A DNA stretch of 64,000 bases from positions 18,538,001 to 18,602,000 of the forward strand of contig NC_043005.1 in assembly GCF_006345805.1 (NCBI RefSeq), in the 5' to 3' direction. Each line of letters opens with the position of its first letter. The stretch's first letter is position 1. The DNA is from Octopus sinensis. Lineage: Eukaryota. A program made the translations under genes and the position numbers. The notes under the pieces are model-generated. The model saw only the letters and a list, made by a program, of their open reading frames with translations. It did not search any database and was not told the origin of the DNA. Shown in pieces: positions 1-12,725 of the stretch.

Positions 1-646
1 CTTATGTAATAATAACTTGGACAATTAAACACGGCACATATTGTTTTTTTAGGACGTTCGAGACAGGCGGAACGAGAGAAAGAAAGTTCTCCTTAAAACA
101 GAGATCTGTTTCCCATGTGTATAATAGAATGGATTCCTCTAAAGACACTCAAGGTTAGGAGTTGTTTGTGAAGTGGATGATGCACACTTTTACACCCAGA
201 ACATTAACGCACCTTGTAATAGGCTTTCACAATATTTCCTTCAACTAATTTTCATTTACAAGGCATTATTTTTTACATCTGATTTCAAGTAGTTGCTAAG
301 TGAAATTCTTAAGCCTACATCATACTGCACCAAATGCTCTTCAAATATTGAAATATTGTCTTTTTACGTAGCAGAGCAACGCAGCTGAACATTCTAACTG
401 ATACACATTGATGGGAGTAGCGCTTGTCCCCAGTCCAAATTTGATTGACCCGGCCAATAATCTATAGCAGTCTAGGTGTAATCAAACGATGTTTTGATGA
501 GTATATAAGATTAGATTAATGTTTCCTTTCCAGTCTGTAGCTGTGATTTGAGGGAGTTTAAGCAGGGCAAGCGGTCATGTCGGGTATCCTTAGCTTGTTT
601 TCTATTCAATGTGTAACTTTTATCGATTTTATATATTGGGTTTTCC

Positions 647-823
647 CAACAAATTTTATTCAACAAAAACAATAACAACATGTAACAAAAACATCTTTAA
701 ATGATTATTCCGGTGCATATACACAATCTACTTCAATTAGTGTTTCCCATTTGCTTGGCAGACGGTCTGACCGTCATGTTTTTGTTAAATATTGGTATTG
801 TTTTTGTTGAATAAAATTTGTTG
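647..823. repeat. Inverted repeat, MITE-like
   Basis: Arms 647-694 and 776-823 with a perfect 28-bp core (caacaaattttattcaacaaaaacaata and its reverse complement). Confidence 0.7.
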
Positions 824-2130
824 AAAAATGCCGCAATAATTATGCACCAATATAATATTTTTTGGGCAGTTGCTTCATGGAGTTCATTTTCAACGTTCGA
901 TTCCCAAATTAAAATATAAAATAATATATTGTTACTGTATATCTTGCAAACCTACAATAGCCAATTCATGGGATTTTTATCCTCATTGTCGTGAACATAT
1001 CTCATTGCTTAGTCCTAATTAAAATCTGATTGAACACATGAATAGCCCACAAAGATATTCCTTACAATCATGATCGCCGAATCATCTACTATATCGAGAA
1101 ATAAATTTTCTAATCTAGATTTCCTTTCTTTGACGTTCACATGTGACTTGATGGAGATTTGGTTGTTATTTTTACCAGATTCAGTGACCGCGTAGATGTT
1201 TCTTCATCTTTGGATATTTTCACGGAGTTTTTGAAAAGACTTTATAAATAACAAAACAACACATTTAAAACTTCTCTACTGCTTTAGTAAACTCCATTTG
1301 ATTTTAATTTAATACTGTGTGTCAAAAAAGATATATTCTAGACACTGACATACTGTTTATTTCATGACAGCTCTAACTTCATCTTTCTTGCGTTTATTTC
1401 AAGAATTTTTTATTTTCATTTTCATTCAAATCATATTTTATAAATTTCTGTACTACTTTGACGTAGGAATATACTCCTAATTGCTCCCTATGAGAGGCGA
1501 TCTCTATTTATCCATCAATAAGTCATATTATAATATAATTTAAATTTGTTGTTTCGCAAAATTTTGTATGGAAAAATATAATAAAAGTTGCCTTACGGTC
1601 GAGTTATTACGCATAGTCTCACTTCTTTTTAACTAAATTTACTGCACTCACGTACAAAACGTGATATTATCACTATATGAAACTACGGGCTGGAAGCGAA
1701 AATGGCTAGACAGCGACTCAGCAGAAATCCAGTACACATACATACATACATACATACATACATACATACATACATACATACATACATACATACATACAAA
1801 CATATATACATACATGCATGCATGCATACATACACACAATACATACGTTGTATATGTGGAACAAATGATAAAGGAGAGCTCAATACATGTTGTAGAAGAT
1901 ATACATTTTTACTTAAAGTGAAGCTGAGAGTTTGACTCGTGACCTCAAATTTCTTAAGCCATATTTAAATGGCAAATATACGTCACGATGTGTTGCAGTT
2001 ACTGTTTATAAATCGCTCTAAGATTTATTATTGCTTGATTACACCTTTTCGATATCAGTGTATTTACGATACCAGAAAAGGGATAAGTGTTTGTGAGAGG
2101 AACCTACTTTTCATCGACAACTGTGATTGT

Positions 2131-2175
2131 CACACGCCGATGACGGGTCAATACTCAGAAACTCGAGTCCGTGTG
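2131..2175 (+). ncRNA. Type-I hammerhead ribozyme motif (U4C variant)
   Basis: cacacg CCGATGA c gggt caat actc a GAAAC tcga GTC cgtgtg; 6-bp stem I; palindromic ACTCGAGT stem III/loop. Confidence 0.7.
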
Positions 2176-2285
2176 TATCATAAGTTGAAGACGGGAAGGA
2201 TGGCTTCCCTTCGCAAACACTGATAGGGCACAGAAAGTGTGTCTAAAGCCATATATATATATTTTTTAATGGCAAATATACGTCA

Positions 2286-2325
<40 letters not shown>

Positions 2326-2354
2326 AAATAAGCAAGAAGGATATCCAGAGGTAA

Positions 2355-2441
2355 TGCAGTGCGATCGTATCATGCAACTGAATTTAATTGAAGAATGCAA
2401 TCATAACCTCAATTTAAAATGTAGAGCAATCTTCAGCTGCA
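2355..2441 (-). ncRNA. Degenerate hammerhead motif, same family as 49690-49778
   Basis: Minus strand: tgcag CTGAAGA ...long stem II... t GATAC gatc GCA ctgca. Core substitutions A14U and U16.1C. Confidence 0.6.
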
Positions 2442-2926
2442 CAAAAACATATAATTTAATTAAATTAGAACAGATGGACACATTAGTATAATTATACCTA
2501 AAATCTTCCAAGAAGTTAAGGAGATAGACAAAGAACATGTTGTACCTACAACAGCATAGCCGTAACAGTTACGCTATGCTGTTGTACGTTATTGAATTTA
2601 GTCTTACTTATACATGGCCGTGACATACCTGCAAATGGTTCTTACACTATTTGTATATAAGTCACTAACCGCCGATTCGGTTCGTTCGCGCTTCGAGTCA
2701 CGTACGTGGTGTTGGTAAGCCACAAAAATAGCGAAATATCGATATCCATCACTTTTGAATGTGATTGAAGTGGCGTTGTTTCGCCTGTCTATGACTGCCG
2801 AGTGTTTTAGAACCCAGTACTACGAGGGATTAGACCCCCCCGCACTGCTTACAGCGCTAGTGGTGCATTAAATTAGTAATTCAACATATGTATATACAGA
2901 TATCTGTGCGTGTGTGTGTGTGTGTG

Positions 2927-3180
2927 TGGTGGCGCGTGGCTTAGTGGTTTGGGTGTCAGCATCATGATCGTAAGATTGTGGTTTCGATTCCCGGACCGGG
3001 CGACTCGTTGTGTTCTTGAGCAAAACACTTCATTTCACGTTGCTCCAGTCCACTCAGCTGGCAAAAATGAGAAACACTGCGATGGACTGGCGTCCCGTCC
3101 TGCTGGGGAACGCATACGCCATTGAAACCGGGAAACCGGGCCCATGAGCCTGGCTAGACTTTAAAAGGGCGCATTTATTT
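2927..3180 (+). mobile_element. tRNA-derived SINE (family D)
   Basis: A box TGGCTTAGTGG and B box GGTTTCGATTCCC followed by a non-tRNA body. Confidence 0.8.
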
Positions 3181-3416
3181 TATATATATATACTGTATAT
3201 ATATATAGTCAAGGAACTAAAGTCCTGTAAGGGATGCAAGTATCCTAGTTCTCATGTTTATATTAACGTACAGAGAAAACCAAGTATATTAGTCTATCTT
3301 TGAAACGCAAAGCTATTGAAAAAGACTTTATGAATGAGAAAATGAAGAGAATAGAAATAAATTGAGGTGCAGGTGTTACTTATTCAAAAGCATTCCAATT
3401 CTTGTACAGAAATTCA

Positions 3417-3513
3417 TGCCTACAGATGTTTCCACCCCCAGTCAATTCAATAAGAGAAGTAAGATTCCCATTCCCATAATTGAAACCAGTCAATTGGGTA
3501 TTTCTTCAGTGAG
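3417..3513 (-). ncRNA. Possible eroded hammerhead motif
   Basis: Minus strand: CTGAAGA (3503-3509) ... GAAAC atct GTA (3421-3432). Core intact but stems I and II pair poorly; could be chance. Confidence 0.3.
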
Positions 3514-3913
3514 TATCTCCAAAAGGAAGTTAGGTTACGACGTGTAGGCCAACCGACGACAAACTCAGGTGTACGTGTTCTCTTGAATGCAAGCGTTTCT
3601 CAGAAAGCCGCTATCGTTATATATGTATAAATAAACACATTCAATGTGCTCGGGCATATATCATACACAATAGTTCATTGATGGCATAATGGTTGATAAG
3701 AAGACATAGATATTCCAGCGAGAAAGAGAGAGATAAAGACTAATGGGTGGGAGCGTTATAGATAAAGCGTGGAGGAGAGGGTAACTACACATATCAAGTA
3801 GTTGAGAATATGCCTGTTAACAATACTGAAGATTATTAAAATATATCACATCAAATTCCGTTTAATTCCATCTAAAATCATAACGTTATCAATATCCGCG
3901 TAAACGATCAATA

Positions 3914-4258
3914 TGGAAGCACTCCGTCGGTTACGACGACGAGGGTTCCGGTTGATCCGATCAACGGAACAGCCTGCTCGTGAAATTAACGTGTAAGTGG
4001 CTGAGCACTCCATAGACACGTGTACCCTTAACGTAGTTCTCGGGGATATTCAGCGTGACACAGGGAGTGACAAGGCCGGCCCTTTGAAATACAGGTACGA
4101 CAGAAACAGGAAGTAAGAGTGAAAGAAAGTTGTGGTGAAAGAGTGCAGCTTTAGGTGTTTTCGCTCAATAAACATTCACAACGCCCGGTCTGGGAATCGA
4201 AACCGCGATCCTACGACCACGAGTCCGCTGCCCTAACCAGTGGGCCATTGCGCCTCCA
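3914..4258 (-). mobile_element. tRNA-derived SINE (family C); related copies at 15422-15700 (-) and 18322-18520 (+)
   Basis: ggaggcgcaatggcccactggttagggcagcggactc head with A and B boxes. Confidence 0.8.
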
Positions 4259-4322
4259 TAAACGATCAATACTCATTACGTAAACACAAGCATAACCTAC
4301 GTATTATTATATATAGAAAGTT

Positions 4323-4550
4323 GGCGAGCAGGCAGAAACGTTAGCACATCGGGCGAAATGCGTAGCCGTATTTCGTCTGCTGTTACGTTCTGAGTTCAAA
4401 TTCCGCCGAGGTCGACTTTGCCATTCATCCTTTCGGGGTCGATAAATTAAGTACCAGTTACGCACTGGGGTCGATGTAATCGACTTAATACATTTGTCTG
4501 TTCTTGTTTGTCCCCTTTGTGTTTAGCCCCTTGTGGGTAGTAAAGAAATA
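4323..4550 (+). mobile_element. SINE family A; further copies at 16735-16965, 35918-36152, 37072-37272, 43385-43570 (+) and 51935-52161 (-)
   Basis: ggcgagctggcagaaacgttagcac...gagttcaaattccgcc...taaagaaata consensus, recurrent in the window. Confidence 0.85.
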
Positions 4551-4699
4551 TATATATAGAAAGTTTATATGACAACCGAGTATACTAGATCTGTCATTAC
4601 TCCAAGACAATATATTATATCTGAAGCCCAGTCCAATAGGCTAGTATTGGAATTTTAACTAAATATTTCAAAGAAGTATGTTTAATCAAATTTTAGGAG

Positions 4700-5118
4700 T
4701 GGCATAGGCGTAGGAGTGGCTGTTTGGTAAGTAGCTTGCTAACCAACCACATGGTTCCGGGTTCAGTCCCACTGCGTGGCATCTTGGGCAAGTGTCTTCT
4801 GCTATAGCCCCGGGCCGACCAATGCCTTGTGAGTGGATTTGGTAGACGGAAACTGAAAGAAGCCTGTCGTATATATGTATATGTGTGTGTGTGTATGTTT
4901 GTGTGTCTGTGTTTGTCCCCCTAGCATTGCTTGACAACAGATGCTGGTGTGTTTACGTCCCCGTCACTTAGCGGTTCGGCAAAAGAGACCGATAGAATGA
5001 GTACTGGGCTTACAAAGAATAAGTCCCGGGGTCGATTTGCTCGACTAAAGGCGGTGCTCGAGCATGGCCGCAGTCAAATGACTGAAACAAGTAAAAGAGT
5101 AAAAGAGTAAAAGAGTAA
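4700..5118 (+). mobile_element. Composite SINE family B; further copies near 6017, 10350, 22195, 30770, 48750, 52290, 53752 (+) and 25100, 26222, 28325, 51402, 58285 (-)
   Basis: gtggctgtgtggtaagtagcttgc...ggttcagtccc head, internal (TA/TG)n, gactgaaacaagtaaaagag tail. Confidence 0.85.
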
Positions 5119-5291
5119 GAGTATACATTGCCACATATATTAGATTTAAGTATATTTACAACATTTAATAAGTATATTATACTTATTTAGTATATCAAAC
5201 CCCCAAAACTGGATTATACCAAAAATATTGATCAATTTAAATATAAAAAATATATTTGATATATATGCAATTATCAATGATAACTATAAAC

Positions 5292-6015
5292 CTAATGATA
5301 GTTATTAAATGTCCATTTTGATGCATGGACACAAGAAAATTCCATTTCTATCTTAGCATTTAAGATACGTCTTCTAGAAAATAGTAACAAATACAATTCT
5401 TCTAGACAGAGAAAGGAGAAAGAGTTTCCAGGCTTATTAGCAGTTGCCTTGCTTATAATTTCCCACTCAACAGAAAAAAAATTTATTGTCCTTTAAATCC
5501 CAAATAACTTTACTAAGGCTAGTGGAAGAAGACCAGTTTCTATTATTAAAGGTATAAACATTTATAACTTTCTGCGTGGCACCTATATATATGTAACACT
5601 TATCCTCAGAAATTAACTCACAGCTGTAAGCAACATTCTTTCGTTTACAGTAATTCTTAAAAAAACATTCACATCTAACCCTGAAACCGCAGAAAGTACT
5701 TTCTTTATTACTTATACTCATTACTCAGTTTCTTAGCATTACAAACTAGGCATTTGCTGTTTGTTTGTTTTATGTGTATTCAAAATATTGGGATGGGATT
5801 TTACTCGAGTAGTTTCCCTTTATACGCTAGATATCCAAAGTATACTTTCCTCACAAGCGTTTATTCTATTGGTATTAACGCTACTGCGTTTACGACTATT
5901 AGTATAAATTATTAGATACTGAATGACCGGTTCTAAAAAGCCTACGGTTAATAATATCATAATATTTATTTTCTTTGGTAAAATGTTTGGCAAAGCGTTC
6001 TACATCTTGAAGAAT
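5292..6015 (-). mobile_element. Penelope-like element (PLE) 3' relic: linker plus GIY-YIG endonuclease, frameshifted
   Basis: Minus-strand frames give KHFTKENKYYDIINRRLFRTGHSVSNNL, CKRKNVAYSC...YIYIGATQ...STSLSKVIWDLKDN and VEWEIISKA...LCLEE...ILNAKIEMEFSCVHASKW*. These resemble recalled PLE GIY-YIG C-termini. Confidence 0.75.
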
Positions 6016-6196
6016 GTGTAGGAGTTGCCGTGTACTAAGTAGCTTGCTTATCAACTACATGATTCTGGGTTCAGTCCCACTGCGTGAAACCTTGGGTAAG
6101 TGGCTTCTACTTTAGCCTCGGGTCTACCAAAGCCTTGTGAGTTGTAGACGGAAACTAAAAGATGCCAATTGCATATATACATATATGTATATATAT

Positions 6197-6243
<47 letters not shown>

Positions 6244-6330
6244 TGTGTGTGTGTGTGTTGTGTGTGTGTGTGTGTGTGGTGTGTGTGTGTGTGTGAGTGT
6301 GCCATATATGCTGCCATCCCGAATGGATAT

Positions 6331-6375
6331 TTTGTGCTGATGAAGAGAAATAACTCAGAATCCATGGTCTGCAGG
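6331..6375 (+). ncRNA. Degenerate hammerhead motif
   Basis: gtg CTGATGA a gag aaataa ctc a GAATC catg GTC tgc. A15.1U substitution; CCATGG palindrome. Confidence 0.55.
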
Positions 6376-6558
6376 TACCGTTTAAAAATGAGTGGGGACA
6401 TTAGCTCCCTTGTTCGAGGTTTAAGGACGCAGTCATACGTCGGTAACGAGCTGGAAAATGTTTTCCTGTGGCTAAAATGAGGGTAGTAGCGACCCCCTAA
6501 CGAGGACTGCCAAGTTACGTTGGAAAATAGATTTTACTCTCTCGCTCTCTCTCACTCA

Positions 6559-6664
<106 letters not shown>

Positions 6665-7458
6665 ATTATTATTATTATACGAAATTGAAACTGTACTAGG
6701 TTTAAATAGCCATCTGTGTATCGTTCTTAATGTATGTAGTTGTACACAGCTGACAGGAAAGTTACTGAATATTTTGCTAGAGATAAAATCTCTTATGAAA
6801 GAGCTGTCCTTAAAACTATAATTTCTATGGATGAGAGAATAAAAACGGTCCTGACAGCAGCTAGCGGGAACATTAAATGCATTTCAGCTTTGTCGATGAT
6901 TTTTACTCATAGCTAACCACATGCCTAAATGAGATTTGAAGTCCCTGATATAGGAAATAATGAATAATAGATTCGCTGCTGATATTGTGAATAGCCGGGG
7001 AGTTGAATAAATAAGCCGGTGTATGCAACCAAAGCAACAGTAATTGAGAATAGTCATGTATGTATCATGCTTAATATATATTTAAGATTTACAGTCAAGT
7101 TACTGCGGGTTTGCACAAGATACATACATACACACATACACACGGACAGACACACGCATATATACATACATACACATACATACACGCATACGTACGTACA
7201 TACATACATGTCCTTTTCTGTTTTAATTATTTAAAGTCTACTTTTCAAGAAGGTGCTGGTTTCAAACAATGACACAAAGCTCCATCATTGGAATGTAGAT
7301 AACGAAAACAATGTCACATTTTAAAGTCTTGCATAGTTTCACCGTTCCGGTTACAGATTGTACGGTAATGTGCAAATCGGTTGATTTCTTTTTCCGAAAT
7401 TCCGCATGTATGTATGTATGTATGTATGTATGTATGTATGTATGTATGTATGTATGTA

Positions 7459-7845
7459 GCGGAGGAACTCTTGAGAGTCAATGGCCATCCAATAAATGTC
7501 TTAAGGCTGTATCTTGCGCGTGGACAGAAATAATCGGACTGAATACCCGATCGCGTGGTTAAACCATTGGGATGAAGGACTCCTAGCCTTTGTTAGGGCA
7601 TCCTTCTAGAAGGTAACTCAAGTAACTGGGATAACTCCGACATAAAATCTGCAGCTCATTGGTTACCGATGATGTTGACTTGTTCTGCTTTTTGGATTAT
7701 GGCTGCTGTTGCTAAGTGAGTGATATTGACTCAGTACACAGCCTTTCCTCGCTTTAAAAAAATCTTCTTGCACAGGCATTGCACGATAACAACATTGATT
7801 AAGCTGTGTGCAATGGCCATACTCGATAACGAGGGGGTAGCCAAC
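7459..7845. repeat. Unclassified interspersed repeat, copy 1 (possibly an RTE-like 5' region)
   Basis: Clearly homologous to 21739-22132; (TATG)n on both sides. Confidence 0.7.
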
Positions 7846-8552
7846 ATGTATGTATGTATGTATGTATGTATGTATGTATGTATGTATGTATGTATGTATG
7901 TATGTATGTATGTATGTATGTATGTGTGTGTGTATGTCGCGTTCTCGATGTCATCCACATATTACGCGTGATTGACAAGGCACAATAACGGTGAAATGCA
8001 TCTTGAAGAATTCTCTTCCCTCTTCGCCCAAGATATATGTTGTGTTTTTAAACACAGTTCGTCCGAAAAGATTTTATCTGGGTAGAAAACCGCTGTAGCT
8101 CGCCTATGAACTGAATATGCTCATAAAATATGATACATAGATGACTATTTTAATTTGATATTGCTTCAGTTGCGAACACCAAATTAGGTTTTCAGTCCTG
8201 ACCACTATTCATAATAGCTATGAATGTATTAGTCACTGTCTCCAATATCAGAGGCAATGATTCTTGTCTAGGCATTTGGTTGGCTGCGACAACCTCTCAT
8301 TGACAAGGTTCAAATAGACCGAAATGCATTTAGTGCTCTTAATAACAGACAATAATTCGAATCCCTCCGTAATGTACTATGTTTTTAAACATAGCACTCC
8401 CATAATACATTTTATATCTATTGAAAGCCAGACTAACTGCGTGTCATCCGTGTATATGCATTAAGTGTACCATATATCTATCTATCTGGCTATCTTCTCA
8501 CCGTCTATTTCTCTCACTCTCTCCCTTTCTCTTTCCGTTTCTGTCTCTTTCT

Positions 8553-8610
<58 letters not shown>

Positions 8611-8654
8611 ATACATACATACATACATACATACATACATACACATACACACAT

Positions 8655-8704
<50 letters not shown>

Positions 8705-9417
8705 TTATATATACATGCACACACAAATATGTACAATATACATACATAATTGCTTCCTATGAACTGGAAAATTTTACTTGGAATGCAGTGGTAAACCTAA
8801 AAGTGTTGAAAATTCATTCTTAATAAATACCAAAACACAAAATAAAAAATGAACTCTTGGTGAAAATATAAAGTTATAAAGTCAGGCATTGGAATCTGCG
8901 CACTGTTGACTTTCGTGTTCCAAAATATTTTTCATTATTGGAAGTATTGCTACTGGCTTTAATGATACTTTTCTTTCATTATTGAAAATACATTTTTAAT
9001 CATTTTTCTTTGAAATATTGCCGCTGAATTTAATGGCTCATATACAATACTCTGAAACAGCATTTAAATTTTCGACAAAAAATAATTGATAAAATGAAAT
9101 TCTTACACGCCAAATACAATTTTGTCATATATATTGATCAAACAGTATTTTCCTAAGGAGTATATATATCGTTACTCTCATAAACTGTTTAAAATTGAGT
9201 TTTTCCTCCCAAGCCACTTAGGCGAATCATGTGATCGAATTTGTTGAATTTCATATTTATTCCTTTTTGGAAATTTTGGTAATAAAATCGTTAGAAATAC
9301 TTTTAACAAACAGACAATAACTGTTCTATTTCCAATAATCCTATCTATTATATATACAAGGCATGAAATTTGGGGAGAGATGTACAATCGATTAGCTCGA
9401 CACCAGTACACAACTGG

Positions 9418-9963
9418 TAATTAATCGTCTCTGAAAGGTTGAGAGGCAAAATCGACCCCGGTGGAATTTGAACTCAGAATGTAGCGACGGACGAAATACC
9501 TATTTCTTTACTACCCACAAGGAGCTAAACATAGAGGGGACATACAAGGACAGACAAAAGTATTAAGTCGATTACATCGACCCCAGTGCGTAACTGGTGT
9601 TTAATTTATCGACCCCGAAAGGATGAAAGACAAAGTCGACCTCGGCGGAATTTGAACTCAGAACGCAGCGGCGGACGAAGTACCAAATGCATTTCGCCCG
9701 GTGTGCTAACGTTTCTGCCAGCTCGCCGCTTATAACTTATTTCTTTACTACCCACAAGGGGCTAAACACAGAGGGGACAACAAGGACAGCCAAAAGTATT
9801 AAGTCGATTACATCGACCCCAGTGCGTAACTGATACTTAATTTATCGACCCCGAAAGGATGAAAGACAAAGTCGACCTCGGCGGAATTTGAACTCAGAAC
9901 ATAACGGCAGACGAAATACGGCTACGCATTTCGCCCGGCGTGCTAACGCTTCTGCCAGCTCGC
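9418..9963 (-). mobile_element. Tandem SINE-A copies
   Basis: Three adjoining family-A pieces. Confidence 0.8.
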
Positions 9964-11289
9964 CATCTTTGTTCTATTTCCAGTAATGAGACCTAAAAGA
10001 AGAAAAAAGGCGTAAAATAATCGCAACATCAGGGTTACCTATGGAAGAATGCCACACCGGTTTCCAATTTTGACACAAAGTGAGCAATTCTGGGGTTGGT
10101 GGAGGGGAAGTGTTTTACATCTGCACCCAATGTTCAGCTGATACTTAATTTATCGACCCCAGAAGATCGAAACGCAAAGTCAACGACAGTGGAATTTGCA
10201 CACAAAAGGGAAAGACACCTGAGATGTTCCTAAGCATTTTACCTGGTGTGCGTTCGGTTCTACCAGCTCTCGATTTTCGCGGAAATCCACGGGTATTGAC
10301 GGGTATAGAGCCTTATTCTCTAGTAAAAAGACATATACAGTTTAAAAATGATCGCACGTGTGGCTGTGTGGTTAAGAAGCTTGCTTCCCATCAAGGTAGT
10401 CTTAAGTTCAGTCCCACTGCGCGGTGCCTGGAGCAGGTACCTTCCAAAACTCTGTGAATAGATTTTGGTGGTGGAAACTGAAGGAAGCCCATCGTATATT
10501 TATGTATGTATGTGTGCGTATGTGTATATGTATGTTCATGTGTGCCTGTGGTTATGCTTGCCCCCACCGCCGCTTGACAACAGGTGTTTGCTTTTTACGT
10601 CTCTGTAACAATAGGTGATGAATAAATACCAGGGATATTTTCTGTTTGGCTTTCATTCCATTCCTTCAGTTTTGTTGCAATTGATTTCAAATTTGGTGTA
10701 TTGATGTAGTTTTGTACGCTGATTATGGAATATAAATTTATTTTGCCATAGATTAATAAGTAAAAAGTTAATAGTTTCTAGAATTTGCAAATTTGGGGTA
10801 ATTTTAGTCATTCGAAAGCCACAGACACATTAGTAAAGTTTTCCATAGTAACAAATCAAACTGTTGTGTAGACAGCTTAGTCGCTTGTTTGGTTTTTTTT
10901 TTCATAATTAACCGTTTTCGCTACAAAATATTCTCCACTTCCCTCAGGTCCCACTATTTCTTTCCAGAAAAATATGTCCTACTGATGTGGTTGGAGAATA
11001 TTCCTAAGTTCCTCCAATGGGACGTATTTCCCACGCTGGTAATCAAAGGTTACATTAACTGTACTACAGTTTGTAAGGGATTTTCTTTTGTAATTTAACT
11101 TCCAGTTTGTATTTTTTCATTTAAAATTCAGTTTCAGATTTTTGCTTTCGGTAATTTTTTGTTTTACATGACTGTTCCAACATTTTACATCACTTTATGA
11201 ATTAAAACTTACTAATTCATCCATTGTTGAATGTTCTGTCGTCGTAATCTTATCACGCACAAAATACACACCATTTCGAGCAATCAACC

Positions 11290-11292
11290 TCA

Positions 11293-11326
<34 letters not shown>

Positions 11327-11690
11327 CTGCCCCTGTTTGTCCCCCAATCACCGCTTGAAAACTGGCGTTGGTGTGTTTATGTCCCTGTAACCTAGTGGTT
11401 AAAACTAAAGTCCCTGGGTCGATTATAAATCGCTGCAGTCAAATGACTGATACAATTGAACAACTAAATAAATACACGATGGTGTACGAGTGCATTTTCG
11501 TCTTTGGTGAGTGGCTGTGTGGTAAGTAGCTTGTTTACCAACCACATGGTTCCGGGTTCAGTCCCACTGCGTGGCACCTTGGGCAAGTGTCTTCTACTAT
11601 AGCTTCGGGCCGACCAAAGCCTTGTGAGTGGATTTGGTAGACGGAAACTGAAAGAAGCCCGTCGTATATTGTATATATATATATATATAT

Positions 11691-11727
<37 letters not shown>

Positions 11728-12091
11728 CTGCCCCTGTTTGTCCCCCAATCACCGCTTGAAAACTGGCGTTGGTGTGTTTATGTCCCTGTAACCTAGTGGT
11801 TAAAACTAAAGTCCCTGGGTCGATTATAAATCGCTGCAGTCAAATGACTGATACAATTGAACAACTAAATAAATACACGATGGTGTACGAGTGCATTTTC
11901 GTCTTTGGTGAGTGGCTGTGTGGTAAGTAGCTTGTTTACCAACCACATGGTTCCGGGTTCAGTCCCACTGCGTGGCACCTTGGGCAAGTGTCTTCTACTA
12001 TAGCTTCGGGCCGACCAAAGCCTTGTGAGTGGATTTGGTAGACGGAAACTGAAAGAAGCCCGTCGTATATTGTATATATATATATATATAT

Positions 12092-12128
<37 letters not shown>

Positions 12129-12473
12129 CTGCCCCTGTTTTTCCCCAATCACCGCTTGAAAACTGGCGTTGGTGTGTTTATGTCCTGTAACCTAGTGGTT
12201 AAAACTAAAGTCCCTGGGTCGATTATAATCGCTGCAGTCAAATGACTGATACAATTGAACAACTAAATAAATACACGATGTGTACGAGTGCATTTTCGTC
12301 TTTGGTGAGTGGCTGTGTGGTAAGTAGCTTGTTTACCAACCACATGGTTCCGGGTTCAGTCCCACTGCGTGCACCTGGGCAAGTGTCTTCTACTATACTA
12401 TAGCTTCGGGCCGACCAAAGCCTTGTGAGTGGATTTGGTAGACGGAAACTGAAAGAAGCCCGTCGTATATATG

Positions 12474-12515
<42 letters not shown>

Positions 12516-12725
12516 GTGTGTGTGTGTCCCTAGCATTGCTTGACAACCGATGCTGGTGTGTTTATGTCCGCGTTACTTACCGGTTCGGCAAAAGAGACCG
12601 ATAGAATAAGTACTGGGCTTACAAAAGAATAAGTCCCGGGGTCGAGTTGCTCGACTAAAGGCGGTGCTCCAGCATGGCCGCGGTCAAATGACTGAAACAA
12701 GCAAAAGAGTAAAAGAGCAAAAGAG
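11290..12725 (+). repeat. Tandem triplication of an approximately 401-bp SINE-B-derived unit
   Basis: Near-identical ORF-track peptides offset by about 401 bp; the third copy has single-base deletions. Confidence 0.85.

Noticed and set aside
2654-2720. TATATAAG followed by a CpG-rich stretch and a GTAAGC donor (possible first exon)
   Set aside because: Motifs are short, adjacent to a TE fold-back, and no TM1 exon links it to the SLC6 gene.
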